Below are positions 34,687 to 43,885 of a stretch of DNA of 45,246 nt, in pieces. Both the position numbers and the translations under genes were made by a program. Source of the stretch: an uncultured Lachnoclostridium sp. (lineage in GTDB: Bacteria; Bacillota; Clostridia; Lachnospirales; Lachnospiraceae); assembly GCA_946629655.1 (NCBI GenBank), contig CAMOYG010000001.1:1-45246 (forward strand), written 5' to 3'. Position 1 is the stretch's first letter. Each line of letters begins with the position of its first letter. The notes below the pieces were generated by a model, which was given only the letters and a program-made list of their open reading frames with translations, searched no databases and had not been told where the DNA came from.

Positions 34687-35706
34687 CTACTGCGGCGCAT
34701 CCGGCACGGCAGCCTGTACAAAGGGCTCCAGCGGCAGCATCGTCTGCGTTCCGTCGGAGCTGTTGATGATGACCTTCAGATCCGGCAGCACCTGCTCCAG
34801 GGTCTCATACAGCATGCGCTTTTTCGTGATCAGCGGATACTTCTGGTATTCCCGGTACATGTCGTTAAAGCGGGCTGCCTGTCCCTCCGCCTCGCTGATG
34901 CGCTCCTGGCGGTAGGCCTCGGCATCCTGAATCACCTTGTCCGCCCTGGCGTTGGCCGCAGGGATCTGCTCGGAGGCATATTTGTTGGCCTCGTTGATGC
35001 GGGTATCCATGCCCTGCTTGGCGTCCTCCACGGCGCGGAAGGCGCTGATGACCTCCGCGGTGGGCGGCTCCGCATCCTGGATGGTGACATTGACCACGCC
35101 GAGTCCCACATTCTCCTTTTCCATCCGTTCGGACAGAAGGGTCTTTATCTTGGACTGAATCTCGGCCTTTCCGGTGGTGATGACGTCATCCACATTGTAG
35201 ACGCCGACGGTGTCGCGGATGTAGGACTGGGCCAGATTCCGGAGAATATCATAGGCGGTGTCCATGTGAATATAATATTCCACCGGGTCGTTCATCTGGT
35301 ATTCGATGTAAAAATCAACGTTGACGAAGTTGAAGTCCTTGGTGATCATCTCGGACTCGCTGGGCACCGACTGATTGCTGGCGTCGTAGCCGATGGTCAT
35401 GCCCTGGATCTCCCGGCTCATCTTCACCACGTTCTGCACAAAGGGAATCTTAAAGTGTACCCCCGGCGTCGTAACACTCGCGGGACGTCCCAGGGTGGTC
35501 ACCACCGCGGATTCATTCACATTCAGCGTAAAGAATGCACCGTCGGAGGCGCGCACGACAAACAGAATAAAGGCGATGACAAGCACCAGCCGGAAGGAAT
35601 CAAAATTCCGCCGGGGCTTCTGACCTCCGGGAACTTCCTCCGATGTCTGCCGGCTTCTGCGAATCCGGTCGAACAGATCCTGCGGATCAAATCTCTTTCC
35701 TGGCAT
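34687..35706 (-). CDS. hflK: FtsH protease modulator HflK (SPFH domain)
   Basis: TM, PGVHFKIPF, MITKDFNFV, QDAEPP, AEGQAARF and RMLYETLE motifs. Confidence 0.9.
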   Translation of the reverse strand: MPGKRFDPQDLFDRIRRSRQTSEEVPGGQKPRRNFDSFRLVLVIAFILFVVRASDGAFFTLNVNESAVVTTLGRPASVTTPGVHFKIPFVQNVVKMSREIQGMTIGYDASNQSVPSESEMITKDFNFVNVDFYIEYQMNDPVEYYIHMDTAYDILRNLAQSYIRDTVGVYNVDDVITTGKAEIQSKIKTLLSERMEKENVGLGVVNVTIQDAEPPTAEVISAFRAVEDAKQGMDTRINEANKYASEQIPAANARADKVIQDAEAYRQERISEAEGQAARFNDMYREYQKYPLITKKRMLYETLEQVLPDLKVIINSSDGTQTMLPLEPFVQAAVPDAPQ

Positions 35707-35774
35707 AAAGATACCCCCTCTCTTACAGATTCTGTCCCCGGCCTTTGGCCGGAGGGAGCGTATCGCTCGTCGTA

Positions 35775-35803
35775 ATCATAGCAAGAGAAGGGGTTAAAAG
35801 CAA
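35775..35803 (-). promoter_or_regulatory. Sigma-A promoter for hflKC
   Basis: TTGCTT, N17, TATGAT with an extended TG. Confidence 0.65.
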
Positions 35804-35814
35804 TTACATCAATC

Positions 35815-37071
35815 TTACAATTGGCTGCCGGATGCGGCAAGACCGGCCATATGGCCGCTGCTCCAGGCCCACTGGAGATTATAGCCGCCGCAGATTCCGT
35901 CCACGTCCAGGATTTCACCGGCAAAATAGAGTCCCGGTACCAGAAGAGACTCCATGGTCTCCGGCTGTACATCCCGGAGATCCACGCCGCCGGAGCAGAC
36001 CTGACACTGGTCGAAGGAATTTGTTCCGGTGATATCTGTCCGGAAATGGCGTATCCTCTTTCCGAGACCATAAAGCCGTTCCTGGGAAATGCTTCCGGTC
36101 TCTTCTTCTGCTCCGATGTGTTCGAGAGAAAGGAAGAGATCCGCCAGCTTCCGGTTAAACCAGCCGGTAAAGAATTCCCTCATGGGAAGTCCGGAAAGCA
36201 TCTTCTGCCGCGCTGACAGCATCCCGAAGAAGGATTCCTCCTTCGCGGCGGGCCAGAAATCCAGCTCACAGAATACCTTTTTTCGCTCTGCCAGTGCCCG
36301 GGAGGCAAACCGGCTCACCTGAAAGACGGGAATGCCGGAGATACCGTAATCCGTCAGCTGCAGCTCCCCGCGGTCTGCGGCAAGAAGCGCAGGTCCCTTG
36401 TTGGATTCGGCAAAAAGGGAAACACATCCTTCCGTCCGTACGCCGGAAACCCGTTTCCAGAAGGTTTCCGCGCATCGGAGCTGTACCAGAGCCGGCAGCG
36501 GCCGGATAATCCGGTGGCCGAGACTCTCTGCCAGCACGTAGCCGGAGCCGTCAGAACCGGTCCTCGGCGCAGCCTTCGAGCCGCAGGCGAGAATCACACA
36601 GTCCGCCGTCCGGTTTCCGCCATCCGTCACAATACGGAATCCGCGGCGTAAGGGGAGAATCTCCTTCACCGCCGTTCCGGTCAGAACCTGAACCTGCTCC
36701 GTTTCCAGGGCATTCCGCAGCACATCCAGGACAGAGTTTGCCTGGCCGGAGGCCGGATAGAGATAGCCGTTTTTCTCCTGGGGGACAATGCCCAGCCCCT
36801 CAAAAAAGGATATGGTATCTTCTGTGCCGAACCGTTCAATCACCTGCATGGGAAAATGCGGCACATCGGATCGGTAACAGGAGGCATCCATATATCGGTT
36901 GGTATAATTGCACTTCCCGTTTCCCGTGGACAGGATCTTTTTTCCCACCCGGTCGGTGTGCTCCAGGAGCATCACCGAAGCACCGGCACGGGCTGCCGTA
37001 ATCGCAGCCATCATACCGGAGGCGCCGCCGCCGATGACGGCCACGCGATTCTTCCCCGTGTGTTTGTCCAT
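35815..37071 (-). CDS. HI0933/BaiN-like NAD(P)/FAD-dependent oxidoreductase
   Basis: IGGGASGM, GKKILSTGNGKCN, GSDGSG and GEILDVDGICGGYNLQWAWSSG motifs. Confidence 0.92.
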   Translation of the reverse strand: MDKHTGKNRVAVIGGGASGMMAAITAARAGASVMLLEHTDRVGKKILSTGNGKCNYTNRYMDASCYRSDVPHFPMQVIERFGTEDTISFFEGLGIVPQEKNGYLYPASGQANSVLDVLRNALETEQVQVLTGTAVKEILPLRRGFRIVTDGGNRTADCVILACGSKAAPRTGSDGSGYVLAESLGHRIIRPLPALVQLRCAETFWKRVSGVRTEGCVSLFAESNKGPALLAADRGELQLTDYGISGIPVFQVSRFASRALAERKKVFCELDFWPAAKEESFFGMLSARQKMLSGLPMREFFTGWFNRKLADLFLSLEHIGAEEETGSISQERLYGLGKRIRHFRTDITGTNSFDQCQVCSGGVDLRDVQPETMESLLVPGLYFAGEILDVDGICGGYNLQWAWSSGHMAGLAASGSQL

Positions 37072-37098
37072 ACCCTTTTCCTTTCTGCCGGAATTCTG

Positions 37099-38769
37099 TT
37101 ACATAAGATGAAGTTTTTTCGCCAGCACAAGGAGTCTTGTGCCGCCGCGCACACTGTGAAGCTCCGCCTCCGTAATGCCGCCGAGCCGGAGAAATACCGC
37201 CATGTAGACAAAGACCGCGCAGGCCACGGAGACCACCACCCCGAAAAGGTTCGACGGAATGATGCGGTGCACCCCGTAATATACCACGAGGGCCGCAATT
37301 CCCATGACCGCGGAAGCTGCCGCCGGAAGAAGGAAGGTTTTCCGGATCTCCTGCCGGTAGGGAATATGCTTCCGGATGGAACGCTGGTTGAGAACGCACA
37401 TGGCAATGGCAAAAAAGATGCTGGCAAATACCATGCTGTAGATGCCCATGCGGAATACAAACAGTAAGACCGCAAGCACTCCGATATGAAGTACCAGAGA
37501 GATAAAGGCATTCTTTACCGGCTCCCGCATATGTCCCAGGCCCTGCAGCACGGCGTTGGTCACCGTAGACAGGGACAGGAATACGACCGCGGCCGATCCC
37601 ACCGTGAGCATCCGGATGCCGTCCGCATTGCGTCCGCTCCGGAACAGCAGGTTCATTACCGGTCCGGCCAGAACCGTCAGTCCGACGGCGGCAGGAATGG
37701 CAATCAGCATAGCGACGCGGATGACCAGACTGGTCTTTTCCACCATCTCCTTCGTGTCCTCCCGGGAGGAGGCAGCGGAAAGAGACGGAATCAGGGAGGA
37801 TGACAGGGAATTGGCCATGGCCAGAGGCACGTGAACCAGAAGCATATACTTGTTGTTGTAGATTCCCCACAGCCGGAGGAAGGAAGCACCCTGTCCGGTC
37901 GCCCGCATGCCGTGGGCCATGATTCCGTTGTCAATCACCGAATTGATATTGTAGACCGCGGAGCTTAACAGCACGGGAATGACCGTGAACATCAGCACGC
38001 TGCTGACCTGCCGGAAGCTCTCCGGATGGTCCCCTGTGTCCCGGGTTACGCGGTTTTTAAATACCGGAAGGTAGATAATAAACAGTACCGCTACAAAAAG
38101 GAGTGCCGCAAAGGCACCGGAACCGGTACCCAGGGTTCCTCCGGCAGCGCCGTAGGCCTCCGCATAGCCCTCTTTTCCCATCGCTTCGGAGGCTTTTAAT
38201 CCTGCGGCAAACAGAAATCCCGCTGCAGCCACGCTGACAATCGCATTGACAATCTGCTCCAGTATCTGGGAAATGGCTGTGGGAACCATGGTTCCGTGTC
38301 CCTGAAAGAATCCGCGGAGGACGCCCAGGTAAGCCATAATCCATATGGTCGGTGCCAGCGTTTTCAGCGCATACACCGCGAGAGGCGTATCAAAGACGGA
38401 ACTGGCAAAGAAATCGGCAAAGAACCAGGTAATGGCGCAGGATATGCCGCCGGCCACCGTCGCATAGGCCAGCGCGGCCTGAAGCACCCGGGCGGCGTTC
38501 CGGTATTCATTTTTTGCAAGTCTTGCGGAAAGCATCCGCGATACGGCCACCGGAAGACTGTAGGATGACAGGATCAGCATGATATTATAGACGTTGAAGG
38601 CGGTGGAATAATATCCCATTCCCTCATCGCCGATAATATTCGTCATCGGGACACGGTAGAGTATTCCGATCAGCCGTACGATGATGCCGGCTGCCGCAAG
38701 GATCGTGCCCTGCAGGACAAAATTTGATCTCTGTCTGGAATTCCTGTCGGAAAGATTCACCTGTTTCAC
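37099..38769 (-). CDS. MurJ/SpoVB-like MOP superfamily flippase
   Basis: GTILAAAGIIVRLIGILYRVP, IGDEGMGYY and LRGFFQG...PTAISQILEQ with many TM segments. GTG overlaps the ybeY stop. Confidence 0.9.
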   Translation of the reverse strand: MKQVNLSDRNSRQRSNFVLQGTILAAAGIIVRLIGILYRVPMTNIIGDEGMGYYSTAFNVYNIMLILSSYSLPVAVSRMLSARLAKNEYRNAARVLQAALAYATVAGGISCAITWFFADFFASSVFDTPLAVYALKTLAPTIWIMAYLGVLRGFFQGHGTMVPTAISQILEQIVNAIVSVAAAGFLFAAGLKASEAMGKEGYAEAYGAAGGTLGTGSGAFAALLFVAVLFIIYLPVFKNRVTRDTGDHPESFRQVSSVLMFTVIPVLLSSAVYNINSVIDNGIMAHGMRATGQGASFLRLWGIYNNKYMLLVHVPLAMANSLSSSLIPSLSAASSREDTKEMVEKTSLVIRVAMLIAIPAAVGLTVLAGPVMNLLFRSGRNADGIRMLTVGSAAVVFLSLSTVTNAVLQGLGHMREPVKNAFISLVLHIGVLAVLLFVFRMGIYSMVFASIFFAIAMCVLNQRSIRKHIPYRQEIRKTFLLPAAASAVMGIAALVVYYGVHRIIPSNLFGVVVSVACAVFVYMAVFLRLGGITEAELHSVRGGTRLLVLAKKLHLM

Positions 38770-39263
38770 CTTATATAACCCTTCAATTTCAGAATCTCTT
38801 CCTGTTTTGCTTCCATGATCTTCCGCTCTTCATCCTCCATATGGTCGTAGCCGAACAGATGGAGCATGCTGTGAGCCACCAGGAAGGCCAGCTCCCGCTT
38901 CTCGGAATGCCCATAGGCCTCGGCCTGTTCCCGGACCTTCTCCACGGAGATCACGATATCGCCCAGAAGCAGCTCGCCGCTCTCGGGATGGAAACAGTCA
39001 TCACCGTGCTCCTCCAGCCAGTCAAAGTCTCCCGGCGTGTCATAGTCGCACATGGGGAAGGAAAGAACGTCCGTCGGACGGTCAATTCCGCGGAATTCCC
39101 GGTTCAGCTCATGAATCCGGTCGTTGTCGGTGAGAAGGACACTGACCTCCGCCTCATAGGGACACTCTTCATAGTCCATCGCAGCGAGGACGATCTCATT
39201 TATGATCTTTTCGCAGTCCAGATCCAGTTTCTCTTCTGCTTCGTACTCGATGTTTATCGTCAT
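38766..39263 (-). CDS. ybeY: rRNA maturation endoribonuclease YbeY
   Basis: LNREFRGIDRPTDVLSFP, LGDIVIS and HSMLHLFGYDH motifs. ATG 39263 follows AAGGA. Confidence 0.95.
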   Translation of the reverse strand: MTINIEYEAEEKLDLDCEKIINEIVLAAMDYEECPYEAEVSVLLTDNDRIHELNREFRGIDRPTDVLSFPMCDYDTPGDFDWLEEHGDDCFHPESGELLLGDIVISVEKVREQAEAYGHSEKRELAFLVAHSMLHLFGYDHMEDEERKIMEAKQEEILKLKGYIR

Positions 39264-40242
39264 TTTCTTCCTTTTTCTCTTTATCCGTATGTCTCTCGTA
39301 TCTGTCGTAGGCCTCGACAATCTTCTGCACCAGCGGATGACGCACCACGTCCTCGCTGCTCAGCGTGCAGAAGCCGATATCACTTATCCCCTTCAGAACC
39401 CGTATGGCCACGTCCAGTCCCGAAACCGCGTCCGCAGGAAGGTCCTTCTGGGTCCGGTCGCCGGTGATAATCACCTTGGAGCCAAAGCCGATACGGGTCA
39501 GGAACATCTTCATCTGCGCCGGCGTCGTATTCTGGGCTTCATCCAGGATGATGTAGGCATTGTCCAGGGTGCGCCCGCGCATGTAGGCCAGGGGCGCCAC
39601 CTCGATGAGTCCTTTCTCGGCATTGTGCAGGTAGCTGTCCGCTCCCATAATCTGATACAGGGCATCATACAGGGGCCGCAGGTAGGGGTCGATCTTCGAC
39701 TGCAGGTCACCGGGAAGGAATCCCAGCTTCTCTCCCGCCTCGATGGCCGGTCTTGTCAGGATGATCCGGTTCACCTCACCGGTCTTGAAGGCCTGAATGG
39801 CCATGGCCATCGCCAGATAAGTCTTGCCGGTGCCGGCCGGTCCGATGCCGAACACGATCATCTTCTTCCGGATACTGTCCACGTAATTCTTCTGTCCCAC
39901 AGTCTTGGGCTTGACCGGTTTTCCGTCCACGGTCCGGCAGATCACATCCTTGTCAATCTCCAGAATCTGCCCCTCCTGGGCACGGAACGACAGGGCCAGG
40001 GCATAGTCCACATTCTGCTCTGTAATCTTGTTTCCGCGCACGGAAAGCTCCAGCAGGTTGTTTATGACGCTTTTCGCCTGCCGGATGGTCTGCTCGGGCC
40101 CGATGATCTTCAGGGCGCCGTCCCGCAGAATGATGGTGGTATGCAGTGTACGCTCAATCTTTTTGATATAGGCGTCAAACTGGCCGCAGATATTCTGAAC
40201 ATGCTCCATCGGAATATCGATGGTGGACTCGATGATGCTCAT
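39196..40242 (-). CDS. phoH: PhoH family ATPase
   Basis: GPAGTGKT, RPAIEAGEKLGFLPGDL, MRGRTL, DEAQN and VVRHPLV motifs. Confidence 0.95.
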   Translation of the reverse strand: MSIIESTIDIPMEHVQNICGQFDAYIKKIERTLHTTIILRDGALKIIGPEQTIRQAKSVINNLLELSVRGNKITEQNVDYALALSFRAQEGQILEIDKDVICRTVDGKPVKPKTVGQKNYVDSIRKKMIVFGIGPAGTGKTYLAMAMAIQAFKTGEVNRIILTRPAIEAGEKLGFLPGDLQSKIDPYLRPLYDALYQIMGADSYLHNAEKGLIEVAPLAYMRGRTLDNAYIILDEAQNTTPAQMKMFLTRIGFGSKVIITGDRTQKDLPADAVSGLDVAIRVLKGISDIGFCTLSSEDVVRHPLVQKIVEAYDRYERHTDKEKKEENDDKHRVRSRRETGSGLRKDHK

Positions 40243-40261
40243 CGGCAGAACAGTCTCCTTT

Positions 40262-40296
40262 CAACAACGAAACCCCGGTTACAAAACCGGGGTCTC
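40262..40296 (-). terminator. Intrinsic terminator after rpsU
   Basis: Minus strand GAGACCCCGGTT-TTGT-AACCGGGGTTTC followed by GTTGTTG, 12 nt past the rpsU stop. Confidence 0.65.
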
Positions 40297-40308
40297 ACTT
40301 TTCATCGC

Positions 40309-40485
40309 TTATTTAAATTTGCGCTTTCTGGCAGCCTCAGACTTTTTCTTACGTCTAACGCTCGGCTTCTCGTAATGCTCTCTCTTACGAATCTCCTGCT
40401 GAATACCTGCCTTAGCGCAGTTTCTCTTGAATCTGCGCAGAGCGCTGTCAAGACTCTCGTTCTCTTTTACGATAACATTCGACAT
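40309..40485 (-). CDS. rpsU: 30S ribosomal protein S21 (58 aa; not in the supplied ORF track)
   Basis: Translated by hand: [68 protein letters not shown]. Confidence 0.97.
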   Translation of the reverse strand: MSNVIVKENESLDSALRRFKRNCAKAGIQQEIRKREHYEKPSVRRKKKSEAARKRKFK

Positions 40486-40565
40486 AGCTTACACCCAACC
40501 TCCCTTCAGTTGCCAGTATTCCGTGCACAGTTATACAACTGATGGGTATCCTTGCACTAAAGTTG

Positions 40566-40593
40566 ATTATAGCATAAATGTTCGGTTCGTCAA
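40566..40593 (-). promoter_or_regulatory. Strong sigma-A promoter for rpsU
   Basis: TTGACG, N16, TATAAT with an extended TG and a T-rich upstream tract. Confidence 0.8.
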
Positions 40594-40630
40594 CAGAAAA
40601 TTAAAAAAAGTACACACAATTTTGCCGGAC

Positions 40631-43279
40631 TTATTTAATCTGCTCTGCAAGAACCTCTGCGGCCTTCTCCAGGGCCTGCGGGATGCCGGCAGGATTCTTT
40701 CCGCCTGCCTGTGCCATATTCGGACGGCCGCCGCCGCCACCGCCGACCAGGCCTGCGATGGCCTTGATCAGATTGCCGGCATGGGCGCCCTTCTTCATGG
40801 CCTCTTCGGTTGCTGCAGCCATCAGGCTGACCTTGCCGTCCTTCTCGGAGGCGATGACAACCACGCCCTCGCCGATCTGTGTGCGAAGTTCGTCGCCCAG
40901 GTTGCGGAGCTCATTCATCTCCACATCCTTCACGGCTGTGGCAATCAGCTTCACGCCCTTGATCTCCTGAACCTCGTCTGCCGCATTGCCCAGAGACTGG
41001 TTGGCCAGCTGGCTCTTCAGCTTCTGGTTCTCGGAATTCAGTGCTTTAATCTCCTCCTGGAGGGCCAGAATGCGGTTATTCAGCTCGGAAGGCGCTGCCT
41101 TTGCGATGGAGGCTGCCTCCTGGAGCTTCTTCTCTGTATTTCTGTAATATTCCATCAGTCCCGCGGAGGTGAGAGCCTCGATACGGCGCACGCCGGCCGC
41201 GATGCCGGACTCGGAAAGAATATGGAAGAAGGCGATATCGCCGGTATTCTTTACATGGGTTCCGCCGCAGAATTCCTTGGAGAATTCGCCCATCTCCACA
41301 ACACGGACCTCGGCGCCGTACTTCTCGCCGAACTGGGCCACTGCGCCGGTCTTTCTTGCTTCCTCGATGGGAAGAACCTCTGTGACGACGGCGATGCTCT
41401 CGGCAATCTTTTCATTGACCAGCTGCTCGACCTTCGCCAGCTCTTCCGCCGTCATGGCCTCAAAGTGGGTGAAGTCAAAGCGCAGGTGGTCTCTGTTCAC
41501 CAGGGATCCGGCCTGCTCAACATGGGATCCCAGAACCTCCTGCAGCGCTGCGTGAAGCAGATGGGTAGCAGAATGATTTCTTGCGGTAAGGGCACGGTTC
41601 TCCTTATCAACGGTAAGCGTTACCTTCTCGCCGACCGAGAACATGCCGGAAACCATGGTTCCCACATGGCCTACTTTGCCGCCCTGGAGATGGATGGTGT
41701 CTTCCACGCGGAATTCGCCCTTCTCGGTGGAGATTACGCCGGTATCAGCCTGCTGGCCGCCCATGGTGCCGTAGAAGGGAGTCTCCTCGGTGATGATGGT
41801 TCCCTTCTGGCCGTCGGTCAGTGCCTCCACGATCTCATCCTCTGTGGTAAGGCAGGTGATGACGGAGTCGGCAGTCAGTGTGTCATAGCCCACAAAAGCG
41901 GTGGTCAGCGCAGGATCGATCTGGTCATAGACAGAATCGTCGCGGCCGGTCAGGCTGTGGGTTCCGTGAAGCTTCCGGTCCTCTCTTGCCTTCTCCCGCT
42001 GTGCTGTCATGGCCTTCTCAAAGCCCTCCTCATCGATGCCGAAGCCCTTCTCCTCCAGAATCTCTCTGGTGAGGTCGATGGGGAAGCCGTAGGTATCATA
42101 GAGCTTGAAGGCCGCCTCGCCGCCGAGAACCTTCTCGCCCTTTGCATTCATCTCATCTTCCATATCGGACAGGATCTGCAGACCCTGATCGATGGTGCGG
42201 TTGAACTTGTCCTCCTCGCTGGAAAGCACGCGGAAGATCATGGCCTTCTTCTCATCCAGCTCCGGATAGCCGTCCTTGCAGAGCTCAATCACGGTAGAAG
42301 CCAGGTCTGCCATGAACTTGCCCTCGATGTCGATCTTTCTTCCGTGACGGGCAGCTCTTCTAAGAAGTCTTCTGAGGACATAGCCTCTTCCCTCGTTGGA
42401 GGGCATAATGCCGTCGGAGATCATGAAGGTGCAGGACTTGATGTGGTCCGCAATGATGCGGAGGGACATATCGGTCAGCGCATCATGATTGTATTCCTTG
42501 CCGCTGAGGGTGCATACCCGGTCAAGCAGAGCCCTGTTGGTATCGATGGAGTACAGGGAATCGGCATCCTGCACCACCATGGCCAGACGCTCCAGACCCA
42601 TGCCGGTATCAATATTCTTGTGCTCCAGATCGGTGTAGTTGCCCTTGCCGTCGTTGTTGAACTGGGAGAATACGATATTCCATACCTCGCAGAAACGGTC
42701 GCAGTCGCAGCCTACATGGCAGTCCGGCTTGCCGCAGCCGTACTTCTCGCCTCTGTCATAGTAAATCTCGGAGCAGGGGCCGCAGGGACCGGAGCCGTGC
42801 TCCCAGAAGTTATCTTCCTTGCCGAAGCGGTAAATGCGCTCGGCCGGAATTCCCATCTTATCATGCCAGATATCCCAGGCTTCCTGGTCATCCAGGTAGA
42901 CAGACGGATACAGGCGGTTGGGATCGAGTCCTACCACCTCGGTCAGAAATTCCCATGCCCACGGAATCGCTTCATTCTTGAAATAATCGCCGAAGGAGAA
43001 ATTGCCCAGCATCTCAAAGAAGGTGCCGTGGCGTCCGTCCTTGCCGATATTCTCAATATCGCCGGTACGGATGCACTTCTGGCATGTGGTCACGCGGTTT
43101 CTCGGCGGAATCTCCTGTCCGGTAAAATAGGGCTTGAGGGGCGCCATACCGGAATTGATGATAAGAAGACTGTTGTCATTGTGGGGTACAAGAGAAAAAC
43201 TCTTCATAGCAAGATGTCCCTTGCTCTCAAAATACTCGAGGAACATTCTCCTGAGTTCGTTTACGCCGCGATACTGCAC
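40631..43279 (-). CDS. alaS: Alanine--tRNA ligase
   Basis: NSGMAPLK, HGTFFEMLGNFSFGDYFK, IDTGMGLER, editing motifs HSATH and CGGTH, and GGGGGGR. GTG follows AAGGAGG. Confidence 0.98.
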   Translation of the reverse strand: MQYRGVNELRRMFLEYFESKGHLAMKSFSLVPHNDNSLLIINSGMAPLKPYFTGQEIPPRNRVTTCQKCIRTGDIENIGKDGRHGTFFEMLGNFSFGDYFKNEAIPWAWEFLTEVVGLDPNRLYPSVYLDDQEAWDIWHDKMGIPAERIYRFGKEDNFWEHGSGPCGPCSEIYYDRGEKYGCGKPDCHVGCDCDRFCEVWNIVFSQFNNDGKGNYTDLEHKNIDTGMGLERLAMVVQDADSLYSIDTNRALLDRVCTLSGKEYNHDALTDMSLRIIADHIKSCTFMISDGIMPSNEGRGYVLRRLLRRAARHGRKIDIEGKFMADLASTVIELCKDGYPELDEKKAMIFRVLSSEEDKFNRTIDQGLQILSDMEDEMNAKGEKVLGGEAAFKLYDTYGFPIDLTREILEEKGFGIDEEGFEKAMTAQREKAREDRKLHGTHSLTGRDDSVYDQIDPALTTAFVGYDTLTADSVITCLTTEDEIVEALTDGQKGTIITEETPFYGTMGGQQADTGVISTEKGEFRVEDTIHLQGGKVGHVGTMVSGMFSVGEKVTLTVDKENRALTARNHSATHLLHAALQEVLGSHVEQAGSLVNRDHLRFDFTHFEAMTAEELAKVEQLVNEKIAESIAVVTEVLPIEEARKTGAVAQFGEKYGAEVRVVEMGEFSKEFCGGTHVKNTGDIAFFHILSESGIAAGVRRIEALTSAGLMEYYRNTEKKLQEAASIAKAAPSELNNRILALQEEIKALNSENQKLKSQLANQSLGNAADEVQEIKGVKLIATAVKDVEMNELRNLGDELRTQIGEGVVVIASEKDGKVSLMAAATEEAMKKGAHAGNLIKAIAGLVGGGGGGRPNMAQAGGKNPAGIPQALEKAAEVLAEQIK

Positions 43280-43318
43280 GTCTATCTCCTCCTTAGGATT
43301 GATTGTTATAATTACAGC

Positions 43319-43352
43319 AAAAACTCAGTGCCGGCAAAGCCGCCACTGAGTT
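43319..43352 (-). terminator. Intrinsic terminator after rnhA
   Basis: Minus strand AACTCAGTG-gCGGC-TTT-GCCGg-CACTGAGTT-TTT. Confidence 0.75.
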
Positions 43353-43381
43353 ATCTTAGCACAGGCAATTTTATTTCGCAA
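43353..43381 (-). promoter_or_regulatory. Sigma-A promoter for alaS
   Basis: TTGCGA, N17, TAAGAT with an extended TG, directly abutting the terminator stem. Confidence 0.6.
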
Positions 43382-43385
43382 GACC

Positions 43386-43862
43386 TCATATATCTTTGTC
43401 ATCCGTCAGCAGATTCTCTCCGTCCGCCGCCGTGGTGGCCAGTCTGTCGCACCGCTCGTTCTCCGGGTGTCCGTTGTGCCCCCGCACCCAGTGGAAGGTC
43501 ACTTCATGGGGTTCCTTCGCCTTAAGAAGCCGCTTCCAGAGGTCCGTGTTTTTGACCGGGTCGTTCTTTCCCCGCATCCAGTTCTTCTTTACCCAGCCGT
43601 CAATCCAGTTCTGATTAAAAGCATTGACCAGGTACTGGGAATCGGACCAGAGATCCACGCTGCAGGGCCTGTTTAAGGCCTCCAGCGCAGCGATGGCCGC
43701 CATCAGCTCCATGCGGTTGTTTGTGGTCTTGCGGTAGCCGGCGGAGAGCTCCTTTTCATGAAGCTGCCCCTTCGGGTCGGTATACTGTATCACTGCTCCA
43801 TAGCCTCCGGGGCCGTCGGGATTGCCCCGGGCGGCCCCATCGGTATAAATCACTACATGCAT
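43386..43862 (-). CDS. rnhA: Ribonuclease HI
   Basis: [18 protein letters not shown] and [15 protein letters not shown], with all four acidic catalytic residues present. ATG 43862 follows GAAGGA. Confidence 0.95.
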   Translation of the reverse strand: MHVVIYTDGAARGNPDGPGGYGAVIQYTDPKGQLHEKELSAGYRKTTNNRMELMAAIAALEALNRPCSVDLWSDSQYLVNAFNQNWIDGWVKKNWMRGKNDPVKNTDLWKRLLKAKEPHEVTFHWVRGHNGHPENERCDRLATTAADGENLLTDDKDI

Positions 43863-43885
43863 GCAAATATCCTTCCAGAATATCT

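Noticed and set aside
36836-37870. 344-aa minus-strand alternate-frame ORF spanning the flippase and HI0933 genes
   Set aside because: It overlaps two intact genes in another frame, has Arg/Gly/Pro-biased composition and no motifs, and neither real gene needs a frameshift.
40571-40590. LexA (Cheo) box-like sequence in the rpsU promoter
   Set aside because: Only one half-site (GTTCG) matches; the other half has three mismatches.
40427-43525. 1032-aa plus-strand ORF
   Set aside because: It is the antisense shadow of alaS and rpsU, with no recognisable motif. Such ORFs are expected from GC-rich codon usage.
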